NCBI GenBank assembly: GCA_965243135.1
Contig: OZ251539.1
Span: forward strand, 768,001 to 832,000
DNA from: Alphaproteobacteria bacterium
GTDB taxonomy: Bacteria; Pseudomonadota; Alphaproteobacteria; MPNO01; UBA830
DNA length: 64,000 nucleotides
Direction: 5' to 3'
Shown: one piece after another, positions 31,240-41,106 of the stretch
Layout of the letters: every line of letters begins with the position of its first letter
How positions within the stretch are numbered: the first letter of the stretch is position 1
Position numbers and translations under genes: made by a program
Notes under the pieces: model-generated
What the model saw: only the letters and a program-made list of their open reading frames with translations
Told to the model about the DNA's origin: nothing
Database searches by the model: none

Positions 31240-32262
31240 ATGCCATCGAGACTGATCACTTTCGGCCTTACCCTGGCCATTGCCGCGTTGACGGTCTACC
31301 TGCTGGTCACGGGGCGCGACCTTTTGATCCCGTTCGCGATCGCCCTGATGATCTGGTATTTGATCAACGCGTTGTCGCGATTGTTCAAGCGCCACGAGCG
31401 GGTCCCCGGATGGGCGGCGCTCGCTTGCGCGATTCTTACGATACTGGTTGCGCTGGCGCTGATCGTCCAGATCATCAGCGGCAATATCCAGGCGGTCCAG
31501 GAGGCCGCGCCGAACTATCAGGTCAATATCGAGAAACTGCTGTCGGCGGCGATGGGCGTCGTCGGGCTGGAGACGATGCCGACGATCGGCCAGATTCTCG
31601 AGCAGTTCGATATGCGAACCGTCATCGCCGGGGTTGCCGGCGCGGCGGCCAACGTGGCCGGCAGCGCCGGACTCATCGTCATTTACGTCATCTTTCTGTT
31701 GACGGAGCAGCGCACGTTCGACGCGAAACTCAAGGCGTTGTTTCCCGATTCCAGACGCGAGGAAGAGGCGAGGCTGCTCCTCGCGGACATGCAGCGCCGC
31801 ATCCAGACCTACGTTTCGGTGAAGACGTTGCTCAGCCTCGGGACCGGGGCCGCCAGCTACGTCGTTCTCGTCGCCGTCGGGGTCGACCTCGCCGGTTTCT
31901 GGGCCTTTCTGATCTTCCTGCTCAACTACATTCCGACGATCGGGTCGCTCCTCGGCGTGCTGCTTCCGGCGCTGCTCACGATCGTTCAGTTCGGGGAGTT
32001 TGCGCCGTTTCTGATCGTCGCCGCCGGACTGGGGGCTTTGCAGTTCGCGATCGGCAACATTCTCGAGCCGCGCATGATGGGAAAATCGCTCAATCTCTCG
32101 CCGCTGGTCGTAATCGTTTCGCTCGTGGTTTGGGGCTCCGTCTGGGGCGTGACCGGAATGTTCCTTTGCGTTCCGATGACCGTGATAGTGATGATCGCGC
32201 TCGCGGAGTTTCCCCAGACCAGGTGGGTCGCGATACTCCTGAGCGCGGACGGAGAAGTCTGA
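31240..32262 (+). CDS. AI-2E family transporter
   Basis: FLLNYIPTIGS and GNILEPRMMGKSLNLSPL motifs. Confidence 0.9.
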   Translation: MPSRLITFGLTLAIAALTVYLLVTGRDLLIPFAIALMIWYLINALSRLFKRHERVPGWAALACAILTILVALALIVQIISGNIQAVQEAAPNYQVNIEKLLSAAMGVVGLETMPTIGQILEQFDMRTVIAGVAGAAANVAGSAGLIVIYVIFLLTEQRTFDAKLKALFPDSRREEEARLLLADMQRRIQTYVSVKTLLSLGTGAASYVVLVAVGVDLAGFWAFLIFLLNYIPTIGSLLGVLLPALLTIVQFGEFAPFLIVAAGLGALQFAIGNILEPRMMGKSLNLSPLVVIVSLVVWGSVWGVTGMFLCVPMTVIVMIALAEFPQTRWVAILLSADGEV

Positions 32263-32442
32263 GACCCGAGGGGGCGGCAGAGCGGAGCATTTGCAAGGCG
32301 AAGAGCCTCCAAGGAGCCGACGCCTTCGCTCGGCGTTTTTCGGGCCTTCGGGAAAGGCCCGGCGGCGACGCGGACGGCGCGGAAGCCCGTCTCCCGGCCT
32401 TTCGACGCCGCTTCGTCCGATAAACGATCCGGAGCTTCCGAC

Positions 32443-34044
32443 ATGAACAATGCCGAGCTTGTCGTTCTCACGTTGAAGGCCGCAGGGATCGGCCACGGAT
32501 TCGGGATTCCCAGCGGCAATGTCCTGCCGCTGATGGAGGCGATGCGGACGCACGGTCTGCCGTTCGTTCTGACGGCCCACGAGGGATCCGCGGGCTTCGC
32601 GGCGGACGTCATGGGGCGAATGACCGGCGCGCCCGGCCTCGCCATCGCCACTCTGGGGCCGGGGGCCACCAACCTCGCCACCGGAATGGGCGACGCATTT
32701 CTCGATCGCTCGCCCATGATCGCGATTACCTGCAACCTCGACGTCGCCCAGCATGGACGGCGCATTCAGATGCATATCGACCATCACGGCTTGTTCGCGC
32801 CGATCACGAAGGCGACCTTGCCGCTTCGCGAGGGCGCGGTGGGCGAGACGACCGCGGAGGCCGTGCGCATAGCCTTGTCCGAGCCGGCGGGTCCCGTGCA
32901 TCTCGACCTGCCGGAGGACGTGGCGCTCGCGCGGACGACCGAGCCGATGCCCGGTCTCGCGACGCCCGAAGCGCCGGCTCCGCCCTCCGCTGCGGATCTC
33001 GAGGCGGCGGGCGAGCTGCTGGAGGCGTCGCGACGTCCGATCGCCGTGGTCGGCTCCAACGCCATGAGAATGAAGGAAACGGGTCTTCTGCGCCGCTTCG
33101 TCGAACGTCACGGCTTGCCGTTCGCGACCACGACCATGGCCAAGGGGTTGATCGACGAGGATCACCCGTTGTCGGTCGGATGCATCGAACGGGGCAAACG
33201 CCAGATTCAGCGCGGTTTTCTCGCCCAGGCCGATCTCGTCGTGGGACTTGGTTACGATACGATCGAGGTCGAGTACGAAGCGTGGATCGGCGAAACTCCG
33301 CTCCTGACAGTGGATATCGAGAGCGCCGACGTCGCCTCGTCCGTGCGGCTGGCCGGCGCCGTCGCGGGCGATCTCGACGCGGCGCTGGCGGCGCTCTGCG
33401 AACGCGAACCGGGGAGCGGTCGTTGGGCGTTTGGCGAAGTCGCCGCGCATCGGGCGGCGTTTCAGGCGGCGTTGCGCCCCGACGTCCGGGGATTCCCGCC
33501 GCACCGGGCTATCGACGTCGTTCGCGAAGCGCTGCCGCCCGAAGGCGTGCTGGCGTTCGACGTGGGCGCGCATACCCACCAGATCGCGGCCCAGTGGACG
33601 GCGCATGCGCCCCGGCAGTTCCTCATCACGAACGGTTGGTCGTCCATGGGATTCGGCCTGCCTGCCGCGATCGCCGCGAAACTGGCGCGTCCGGACCTGC
33701 CGGTCGTCTGCCTGATCGGCGACGGCTGCTTCCAGATGACCTGCGGCGAACTCGCGACCGCGCGGCGCCTCGGCCTCTCGTTGCCCGTGGTCGTGCTGAA
33801 CGACCGCTGGCTCGGCCTGATCAAGGTCAAGCAGGAACGCCGGCAGTTGCCCCTTTACGGCGTCGCGCTGCAGGACGACGAGTACCGGGATCCGCCCGAG
33901 CATTATTTCGGGGCGCCGGCGGTCGGCGCGCGGAACGAGGCGGCGCTGCGGGCCGCGCTTTCCCAAGCGCTTCGGGCGAACGGCCCCACCGTGATCGAGG
34001 CGGTTGTCGACGCCGATCACTATTCGGAAACCGTGTTCGATTAG
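32443..34044 (+). CDS. Thiamine-diphosphate-dependent enzyme (acetolactate synthase-like)
   Basis: HEGSAGF, GPGATN, SMGFGLP and GDG..N motifs. Confidence 0.9.
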   Translation: MNNAELVVLTLKAAGIGHGFGIPSGNVLPLMEAMRTHGLPFVLTAHEGSAGFAADVMGRMTGAPGLAIATLGPGATNLATGMGDAFLDRSPMIAITCNLDVAQHGRRIQMHIDHHGLFAPITKATLPLREGAVGETTAEAVRIALSEPAGPVHLDLPEDVALARTTEPMPGLATPEAPAPPSAADLEAAGELLEASRRPIAVVGSNAMRMKETGLLRRFVERHGLPFATTTMAKGLIDEDHPLSVGCIERGKRQIQRGFLAQADLVVGLGYDTIEVEYEAWIGETPLLTVDIESADVASSVRLAGAVAGDLDAALAALCEREPGSGRWAFGEVAAHRAAFQAALRPDVRGFPPHRAIDVVREALPPEGVLAFDVGAHTHQIAAQWTAHAPRQFLITNGWSSMGFGLPAAIAAKLARPDLPVVCLIGDGCFQMTCGELATARRLGLSLPVVVLNDRWLGLIKVKQERRQLPLYGVALQDDEYRDPPEHYFGAPAVGARNEAALRAALSQALRANGPTVIEAVVDADHYSETVFD

Positions 34045-34108
34045 ATCGCGCTGTTGCGCGTTCGCGGCGCCGGGATAAAATGCAGCCGAGATCGAGGAGG
34101 GATGAGAT

Positions 34109-34615
34109 ATGGTATACACGCTCGAACGTTTCGCCGCCGATTGCCGCGACGCTTTGGACAAGGATCCCGGGCCCGCCGGCCGCGAGGAAGTTCGAAAGTT
34201 CACCGAGAAAGCCTGTGCCGACCGGGAGTTCGTCGCGACGCATCTCGGATCGGACAACACGACTCCGCGCAAGATTCTTTACGAGGACGGCAAGCACGGG
34301 TTCTGCATTCTCGCCCATGTCTTCGAGGGAGCGCAGGGATCGGCGCCTCACGACCATGGGCCGAGCTGGGCGATCTACGGACAGGCCGAGGGAATCACGA
34401 CCATGACCGACTGGGAGAAGCTCGAAGAGCCTCGAGGCGACGAGCCCGGCAAGGTCAAACAGAGCAAAGTCTACGACTTGTCGCCCGGCGTCGCCTATCT
34501 TTACAATGAAGGCGATCTGCACTCGCCCGGCCGAGAGGCGACCACGCGGCTTATCCGCATCGAGGGACAGAACCTCGCCGGCGTCGCGCGCGACAGATAT
34601 CTGGCGGTCGAATAG
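34109..34615 (+). CDS. Cysteine-dioxygenase-like cupin
   Basis: PHDHGPSWAIYG...GDLHS motif. Confidence 0.7.
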   Translation: MVYTLERFAADCRDALDKDPGPAGREEVRKFTEKACADREFVATHLGSDNTTPRKILYEDGKHGFCILAHVFEGAQGSAPHDHGPSWAIYGQAEGITTMTDWEKLEEPRGDEPGKVKQSKVYDLSPGVAYLYNEGDLHSPGREATTRLIRIEGQNLAGVARDRYLAVE

Positions 34616-36068
34616 GGGCTGCGGCGCGTTCCGCAACTGCCCGCAGGACGGTTCCGTTGAAGAAAACGGCGGAAGAGCTTTCGTCGCCGCCCGACCGTGT
34701 GCCGCGCTCGGCGCGCGGTCGGGCGGCGGGACCGGACTTCAACCACGGCCTCGCCTGCAAGCCTTTCGACGGCGAGCGGCTCGGGTCTATTCCGCGCCGC
34801 GGTCGGCAGGCTTTGCCTCCCGGCGCGGGGGCGTTTCGACGCCCTGCAATCGCGCCTCCCACAACGCGCGGACCGGGACGGCATGGAAGCCTTCTCCGAA
34901 GGACGCGCAGGTTTCGCCGTCGTACAGCACGATTCCGGCGACAAAGCGCTTGCCCGCCATGTTCCTGAGCTTTCGCAAGCCGCGAAAGTCCGACGGCGTT
35001 ACGGTGGCTGCCGCTTTCACCTCGATGCCCGCGATTTCCCGGGCGCCGCGCTCGATGACGATATCCACCTCGAATTGATCCCTGTCGCGATAGTGGAAGA
35101 ATTCCAGCGGCAAATCGCCTGCCTGACGCCGTAGCTCCTGGAACGCGAACGTCTCCAGCATCTGTCCGAGCAGCGCTCGATCCGCTGCGAGCGCGGCGGC
35201 GTCCGCGTTGAGCAAGGCGCAGGCGAGACCGGGATCCCCAAGGTGCAGCTTGGGCGTTTTCACAAGCCGGTTCAGGCGGTTGCCGTGCCATGGCGGCAAC
35301 CGCTCCAGGAGAAACACGCGTTCCAGAAGAGCGACGTAATCGCGGATCGTCGGTCTGCTGAGATTGAACGGCGAAGCCATGTCGGCAAGATTGAAAAGCC
35401 GCGCGGTTTGGCTCGCGGCCAACGTCAGGAGCCGGCGGAGGGCGTCCATCGCGGAAATGCGCGCCAGATCGCGTATGTCGCGCTGAACGATGGCGTCCGC
35501 GTAATCGCGGTACCAGTTTGCCCGCCGACGTCCCGGCCGCCGCTTGAGAGCGGGAGGGTATCCGCCGGCGGCGACGCGTTCCGCGAGTTCATGCGCGAGC
35601 CTTTCAGTTTGCCACGTTCCGAAGGCGCCGGAAAAAAGCGCGTCGAGAAATCCTGGCGGTTCGGAAGCCAGCTCGGACTGCGAAAGCGGATGCAACCGGA
35701 GGAACTGCAGGCGGCCGGCAAGCGAGTCGGCGAGTTTCGGGAGAAGGAGCACGTGCGACGAGCCGGTCAGCAGGAAGCGGCCCTCGATGCGGCGGCGGTC
35801 GATGTCCATCTTCAATGCCGGAAAGAGAGCCGGCGCGCGCTGCACCTCGTCCAGAATGACGCGGTTCGGAAGGTCGGCGATGAAGCCGACCGGATCCGCT
35901 TCCGCTGCGCCCCGAGCCACGTCCTCGTCGAGACTGACGTATGCGTAACCGCGTTTCTTGCCCACCATGCGGGCGAGAGTGGTCTTTCCGCACTGGCGCG
36001 GACCATGAATGAGGACCGCAGGCGAGTCTTCCAAGGCCTCCGTAAGGCGTCGGGCAGCGTGCCGAGGA

Positions 36069-37717
36069 CAGAAATTCCCGCTAAGGTGGCCGCCCTTTGC
36101 GAAAGGCGCGTCGAGATAGCGTCGTTACCGAGGGACCAGCCGCCGCGACGCACCTTCCCCGCTTCGGCTTGGTGCCGACTTAGCCTTGACCATCCTGTTT
36201 CCCCTGAAAAACTTGCTTTAGCACATTCGGTCACGGTGCCAGGTCAGGAGGTGTCGTAGGGAATTCCCTCTGCTTTCCGGTATCCAAACGCGATCATTCG
36301 GTAGAGTGTTTCCCAGTCCTTCAAGAAGTATTCGAGAAACAATCCCCGCGCCTTTTCCCAGAAGTAAATGGGCCGCTTGGCCTTCGTTTGCGCCTGTTGG
36401 AACAGTTTGCAACATCGCTGTTGAATCTGGTCAATCAGGAACGCCAGCATCATCAGGAACGCAAAGACCGTCGACAGATTCTTGTTACCGTGACCGAAGT
36501 TGTGCTCAAAGCAGTAGCCTTGGTTCTTCAGGGTGTTGAAAGTTTCGTTCTCGATCTTCCAGCGCGCCCGCCCGGTGCGCATCAACTCCATCAGGTTCCC
36601 TTCGTCAATTGGCAGATCCGTGACCCAGGAGAAACGTTGTTTCTTGCCGTTTGGGAGCTTCTCCCAGTATTCGAGAAAGTTCACTTTGAGGTCGAAGTGC
36701 GTATCGTTCAGAGGCACTCCGTTAAGATACCGGAATTCGTGCCGTATGTTGTCACCGTCCGTGAACTCCCGGCGCTCCACGGACGGCGCGTTGTTGACCC
36801 ACTCGAACAGGAACTTGTGGTCGCCGGGCTTCGCCCCCAGTATGAAACGCATGTCTAACTCCTTGAGAAGATTGGCATGCGGTCCGTTCGAGGCCAGCCC
36901 ATCTTCCAACACAACCAGCTTCAGGTGCGGGTGTTCGCGACGCACATCTTTCAGAAGCCGTTTCGCTGCGTTGCGTTCGCAATCGTTCTTTTTTGCGCCG
37001 TCTTCCTTCAGGATCGGTTCCGGTGCAAACGGAAAAACCTCCTTTTGTTCCGGATGCACCAGAACGGCTCCCAACATCTGGTGGTAGTAGGTAATCGTAC
37101 CGTCGCGGTGGTGTTTCTCGCAGCAATTTTTACAGTGCACCTTGTCCGACGAGAAGTATCCCGTTCCATCGATCGAAAGAGCGTAATGCCCGTTCAGACA
37201 AGTGTATTCTTCCAATCCCTTGCCTCGTTGCAAAACCTGGAACATCTTCGTGAAACAACGCCGCAATTGCCGCGGACAGACTTCGTCAAGCCGTTCGCGC
37301 ATCGCAGTGTCCGACGGCACGCGCTTGACGCCGTATAAGGTCGCGAGGTTGTGCCGAACCACTTCGTCGGCGTGCGCGGCCTCGTCGAATTGCAGAAGCG
37401 ACGCATACTTCATACCGAACACCGCTAGACCCGACATCAGACAGTCCGTCTGGTTCAGCCCCCTGCTCGCGATCGGATCTTCGATACGGTCGAAACAAGC
37501 TCGCACTTCCTTCAGCAATCCCGGAGCGCTGAGCGTCTTGCGCATGCCTGGCATTCTGGCCATTTTGGTTACAATCCCGCCTCGCCTTCGGACCACTTTC
37601 CAGAGAAAAATGCTCCGCTCGAAGGCAAATAGCCCCGAATCACCTCGAAAAGTCCACGAAAGACTTTTTTCCGGCCCCATATTTTTCAAGGGTTTCGAGC
37701 CTTAGCGGGAATTGCTG
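36069..37717 (-). mobile_element. Complete insertion sequence (1649 bp; ISNCY/IS4-like DDE), 18-bp TIRs, 9-bp TSD TGCCGAGGA
   Basis: TIRs cagaaattcccgctaagg / ccttagcgggaattgctg; TSD at 36060-36068 and 37718-37726. Confidence 0.93.
36244..37563 (-). CDS. DDE transposase
   Basis: SIDGTGY, LEDGL and GRARWKIENETFNTLK motifs. Confidence 0.92.
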   Translation of the reverse strand: MARMPGMRKTLSAPGLLKEVRACFDRIEDPIASRGLNQTDCLMSGLAVFGMKYASLLQFDEAAHADEVVRHNLATLYGVKRVPSDTAMRERLDEVCPRQLRRCFTKMFQVLQRGKGLEEYTCLNGHYALSIDGTGYFSSDKVHCKNCCEKHHRDGTITYYHQMLGAVLVHPEQKEVFPFAPEPILKEDGAKKNDCERNAAKRLLKDVRREHPHLKLVVLEDGLASNGPHANLLKELDMRFILGAKPGDHKFLFEWVNNAPSVERREFTDGDNIRHEFRYLNGVPLNDTHFDLKVNFLEYWEKLPNGKKQRFSWVTDLPIDEGNLMELMRTGRARWKIENETFNTLKNQGYCFEHNFGHGNKNLSTVFAFLMMLAFLIDQIQQRCCKLFQQAQTKAKRPIYFWEKARGLFLEYFLKDWETLYRMIAFGYRKAEGIPYDTS

Positions 37718-37746
37718 TGCCGAGGATAGAGGTCATTCATTGGCGC

Positions 37747-37776
37747 ATTATATGCCTTATACGCGGCTAATCGCAA
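37747..37776 (-). promoter_or_regulatory. Sigma70-like promoter TTGCGA-N18-TATAAT, 6 nt before ATG 37740 (probably leaderless)
   Basis: Direct sequence match on the minus strand. Confidence 0.5.
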
Positions 37777-38118
37777 GGTTTAACCACGGCTGAATGAAAG
37801 TTTAATGGACGTCTGATCGAAAGATTTGATTCCGGCTGAATGAATTCTCCCGTGCGTCCGGACGCGCCGATTCTCGGTCCGAATCAAGGAAGCCTTCTCG
37901 GCCGTTTGCCGTCCTTTCGGTCTCGTCTTCGCGCCGTCCGCGCCCCGCCTGCATGGGAAGTTCACGTTTCCGCACGGTCGCGCCTGTTGGAACCCGATCG
38001 GCGAGCAAGGAAACGTTTTTCTCCCGTCGAGGCGGGGCGAATCTTCGCGGCGAACCGCTCGCGGCCGGTCGACGAATCGCTCCCCGGAAGCGGGCGCCGT
38101 CGGGCCGCGCCGCCGGGG

Positions 38119-38874
38119 TCAGTGCATCGCGGAGCCGCCGTCGACGGCCAGAATCTGGCCAGTGATGAAATCGCTTTCCGCCGAAGCGAGAAAGACGCAC
38201 GCGCCGACGACGTCTTCCGGCGTCTGTTCGCGGCGGATGGCGCGCGTGGCGGTGCCGCCTGCGATCAGGGTTCTGACCTCCTCGTGCGCGAGGACCCTGT
38301 CCGTCATGATGCCGCCCGGCGCGATGGTGTTCACCCGGATGCCTGCGTCGCCGAGCTCGCGCGCCATCGAGCGGGTGAGCGAAATCATCGCGCCCTTGGA
38401 CGTGTCGTAATGCAGCAGATTGACGTGGCCCTTGAGCGCCCGCCCCGACGAAATGTTGATGATCTTGCCGTATCGCTGCGCCGTCATCTGCGACACGACC
38501 GCCTTCGAGCAATTGAACGGCCCGTTGACGTTGACGTTCAGCACGCGGTCCCATTCCGCCTTGTCGATCTCCATCATCGGCTTGTGCCCGACGTCGACCC
38601 ATAGCCCGGCGTTGTTGACCAGGACGTCGATGCGTCCGTACGCTTCGACGGTCGCCGCGGCCATGCGCGCGCAGGACTCTGGATCGGTGACGTCGGTATT
38701 CATGTAAATCGCGGTTCCGCCGGCCTCCTTTATCTCCGCGAGGAGCGGTTCCGCCGGCGCGATGTCGGCGATCGCGACCCGCGCGCCCTCGGCCGCGAAA
38801 CCGCGGACGTAGGCGGCGCCGATGCCTTGCGATCCGCCGGTGACGATCGCGGCTCTGCCGTTCAGTCGGCTCAT
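38119..38874 (-). CDS. Short-chain dehydrogenase/reductase
   Basis: TGGSQGIG, NNAG and YDTSK motifs. Confidence 0.9.
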   Translation of the reverse strand: MSRLNGRAAIVTGGSQGIGAAYVRGFAAEGARVAIADIAPAEPLLAEIKEAGGTAIYMNTDVTDPESCARMAAATVEAYGRIDVLVNNAGLWVDVGHKPMMEIDKAEWDRVLNVNVNGPFNCSKAVVSQMTAQRYGKIINISSGRALKGHVNLLHYDTSKGAMISLTRSMARELGDAGIRVNTIAPGGIMTDRVLAHEEVRTLIAGGTATRAIRREQTPEDVVGACVFLASAESDFITGQILAVDGGSAMH

Positions 38875-40235
38875 CGGCTGCTCTCCCTCCCGAAGCGCTC
38901 TTCCGCGATCCAGCGCCCGACCGCGGTCAGTCGTTCGTCGCCGTCGAACTGGCCGAGGATCTGGACGCCGACCGGCGCGCCTTCCGCCGCGAGCAAAGGC
39001 AGCGAGATGGCGGGCGCGCCGAGCACGGACGAGCCTTCGTTGAAGACGGCGCTGCCTTGGTCCATGCCGACCGGTCCGGGACCCGGGGACGACAACGTGA
39101 CGAATGCGTCGGCGCGCGACGCAAGCTGGCGATGCAAATCGCGGATGCGGACGCGCCGGTTCAGCGCCTCTCGGTATTCGGCCTGGCTCAACCCTTCCGC
39201 TTCCCGAAGGCCCGCCAGCAGACGTTCGGGAATCTTGTCGGGGTAGCGTTCGCTGTACTGCTGCAACGGCCAGCGGAATTCGAACCGGTACAGGGTTCGC
39301 CAGAGTTCCGGCATTTCGGCGAACGCCCGTTCGTAGGCTTCGATCGCCGGATCGTCCGCGCGCCCGTATATCTCCGCGTCCGTCAACGCGCCCAGGAATT
39401 CCTCGAACGCCGCCCTGGTTTCTTCGCCGGTCTGCGTCCATCCGGCGGTTTCCAGCCGGATCAGGCGCGCCGGTTTGATCGCCGCTGGCGGCGCGTCGCC
39501 GCCGAACAGGCCGGGGTAGCCGGGGTCGCCGCCGCCGATCTTCGCCATGTGGCGCGCCGCGATCCAGACGTCGGACAAGGAGCCGCCGAAGGTGCCGATG
39601 TGATCCATGCTGTCGGCCGCGGAAAACACGCCCTGCCGGTTGATGGCGCCGAACGTTCCCTTGAGGGCGAACGCGCCGCAGAAACTCGCCGGCCGAATCG
39701 TCGAACCGCGCGCATGAGTGCCGATGGCGACCGGGATCGTGCCCGCTCCCACGGCGGCGGCCGTTCCGGAGGACGATCCGCCGGGCGTGCGCGAGTCATC
39801 GTGCGGATTGCGCGTTCTGGGCGGACTGCCGCCGCCGAGCGTAACCGTCGTCGTCTTGCCGACGACGGCCGCGCCGCCGCGCCGCAGCGCGTCGACCGAA
39901 GCCGCGTCCCGAAGCGGACGGTGCCCCCTGAACAGCTCGCTGCCGAACTCCGTCGGCATGTCGAACGTCTCGATGAGATCCTTGATGCCGACGGGCAAGC
40001 CGTCGACCGGCGACAGCGGACGGCCGCGCCGATACCGCTCCGTCGCCGCGTCGGCCGCTTTTCTGGCGCCCTCGCGATCGAGATGCTCCCACGCCATCAC
40101 CCGATCTTCGATCGCGGCGATCTCTTCGAGGCAGCGTTCGAGATATGCGCGCGGCGTGTCCGGTCCGTCGCCGAACTTCGCCGCCGCGTCGTGGAACGTC
40201 ATCAACCTGTGCGTTCGAGGATCGTAGCTTGCCAA
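38871..40235 (-). CDS. Amidase-signature family amidase
   Basis: GIKD, TPGGSSSG and GSTIRPASFCG motifs. Confidence 0.88.
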   Translation of the reverse strand: MASYDPRTHRLMTFHDAAAKFGDGPDTPRAYLERCLEEIAAIEDRVMAWEHLDREGARKAADAATERYRRGRPLSPVDGLPVGIKDLIETFDMPTEFGSELFRGHRPLRDAASVDALRRGGAAVVGKTTTVTLGGGSPPRTRNPHDDSRTPGGSSSGTAAAVGAGTIPVAIGTHARGSTIRPASFCGAFALKGTFGAINRQGVFSAADSMDHIGTFGGSLSDVWIAARHMAKIGGGDPGYPGLFGGDAPPAAIKPARLIRLETAGWTQTGEETRAAFEEFLGALTDAEIYGRADDPAIEAYERAFAEMPELWRTLYRFEFRWPLQQYSERYPDKIPERLLAGLREAEGLSQAEYREALNRRVRIRDLHRQLASRADAFVTLSSPGPGPVGMDQGSAVFNEGSSVLGAPAISLPLLAAEGAPVGVQILGQFDGDERLTAVGRWIAEERFGRESSR

Positions 40236-40327
40236 TGCATTTTCCTTCGTGGCGTTCGCGCGAATTGCGCATTATAGGTGAACCGGATTGTCGGCGCCGG
40301 GGCGTCCGGCGGGTCAGGGAGGATAGA

Positions 40328-41077
40328 ATGGCAGGATCGCTTGACGGAAAGCGCGCCCTCATCACCGGCAGCGGGGGCGGCATGGGGCGCAGCCACGCGG
40401 TGCTGATGGCCGAACGCGGGGCCGACGTCGTCGTTCACGACATAGAATCCGAAGGAGCGGAGGAGACCGCCGCCATGGTGCGGGCGCTCGGCCGCGAAGC
40501 TCATGCGGTGGTTGCCGACATTCGCGACGTCCCGACGTTCGTCCGCGCCGTCGCGGACGCGGGGCCGGTCGACATCCTGGTCAACAACGCGGGCGTCGGC
40601 GGCGCCCGCCTGACGATCGAGGACGTGGACGTCGAGGCGTTCGACAGGATGTTCGAGGTTCACGTGCGCGGGACGTTCTTCGCGACGCAGACCGTTCTCC
40701 CCGCCATGAAGGAAAGGAGAAGCGGCAAGATCGTCAACATCTCTTCGATCTACGCGATGGGCGGCAGCCAGCTTGCCAGCCATTACGCGGCCGCCAAGTC
40801 GGCGATTTCTGGATTCACCAAGTCGTGGGCGCGCGAACTCGCTCCCTGGCGCGTAACCGTGAACGCCGTCGCGCCGGGCTTCGTCGTCACCGGAATGACC
40901 CAGGCGTCCAATACGCCGGAGAAGATTGCGGAACGCGAGAAACTCATGCCGCTCGGAGAGTTTTGCAAACCCTTGGACATCTCCTATGCTGTCGCCTGGC
41001 TGGCGGGTCCGGAGACGGACCTGATATCCGGACAGGTCGTCAGTCCGAACAGCGGCGAAGTGATCGTGGGATACTGA
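40328..41077 (+). CDS. Short-chain dehydrogenase/reductase (FabG-like)
   Basis: TGSGGGMG, NNAG and YAAAK motifs. Confidence 0.9.
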   Translation: MAGSLDGKRALITGSGGGMGRSHAVLMAERGADVVVHDIESEGAEETAAMVRALGREAHAVVADIRDVPTFVRAVADAGPVDILVNNAGVGGARLTIEDVDVEAFDRMFEVHVRGTFFATQTVLPAMKERRSGKIVNISSIYAMGGSQLASHYAAAKSAISGFTKSWARELAPWRVTVNAVAPGFVVTGMTQASNTPEKIAEREKLMPLGEFCKPLDISYAVAWLAGPETDLISGQVVSPNSGEVIVGY

Positions 41078-41106
41078 CGCCGTTCCTGCGGAGCCTGTCG
41101 CACTTT

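Larger units (their letters stand above)
34787..37740 (-). pseudogene. AAA_14 ATPase + DUF4143 protein, interrupted near its start by an IS
   Basis: GPRQCGKT, LDEVQ, LTGS, GGYP and EVD..IEVK motifs; removing the IS and one TSD restores MNDLYPRHAARRLTEALEDSP (431 aa). Confidence 0.88.

Noticed and set aside
29191-34272. 1693-aa minus-strand ORF and other long antisense/alternate-frame ORFs (e.g. 3835-6987, 7933-10701, 13052-15865, 41131-43458)
   Set aside because: Shadow ORFs of well-supported genes in GC-rich DNA; Arg/Ala/Gly-rich with no recognisable motifs
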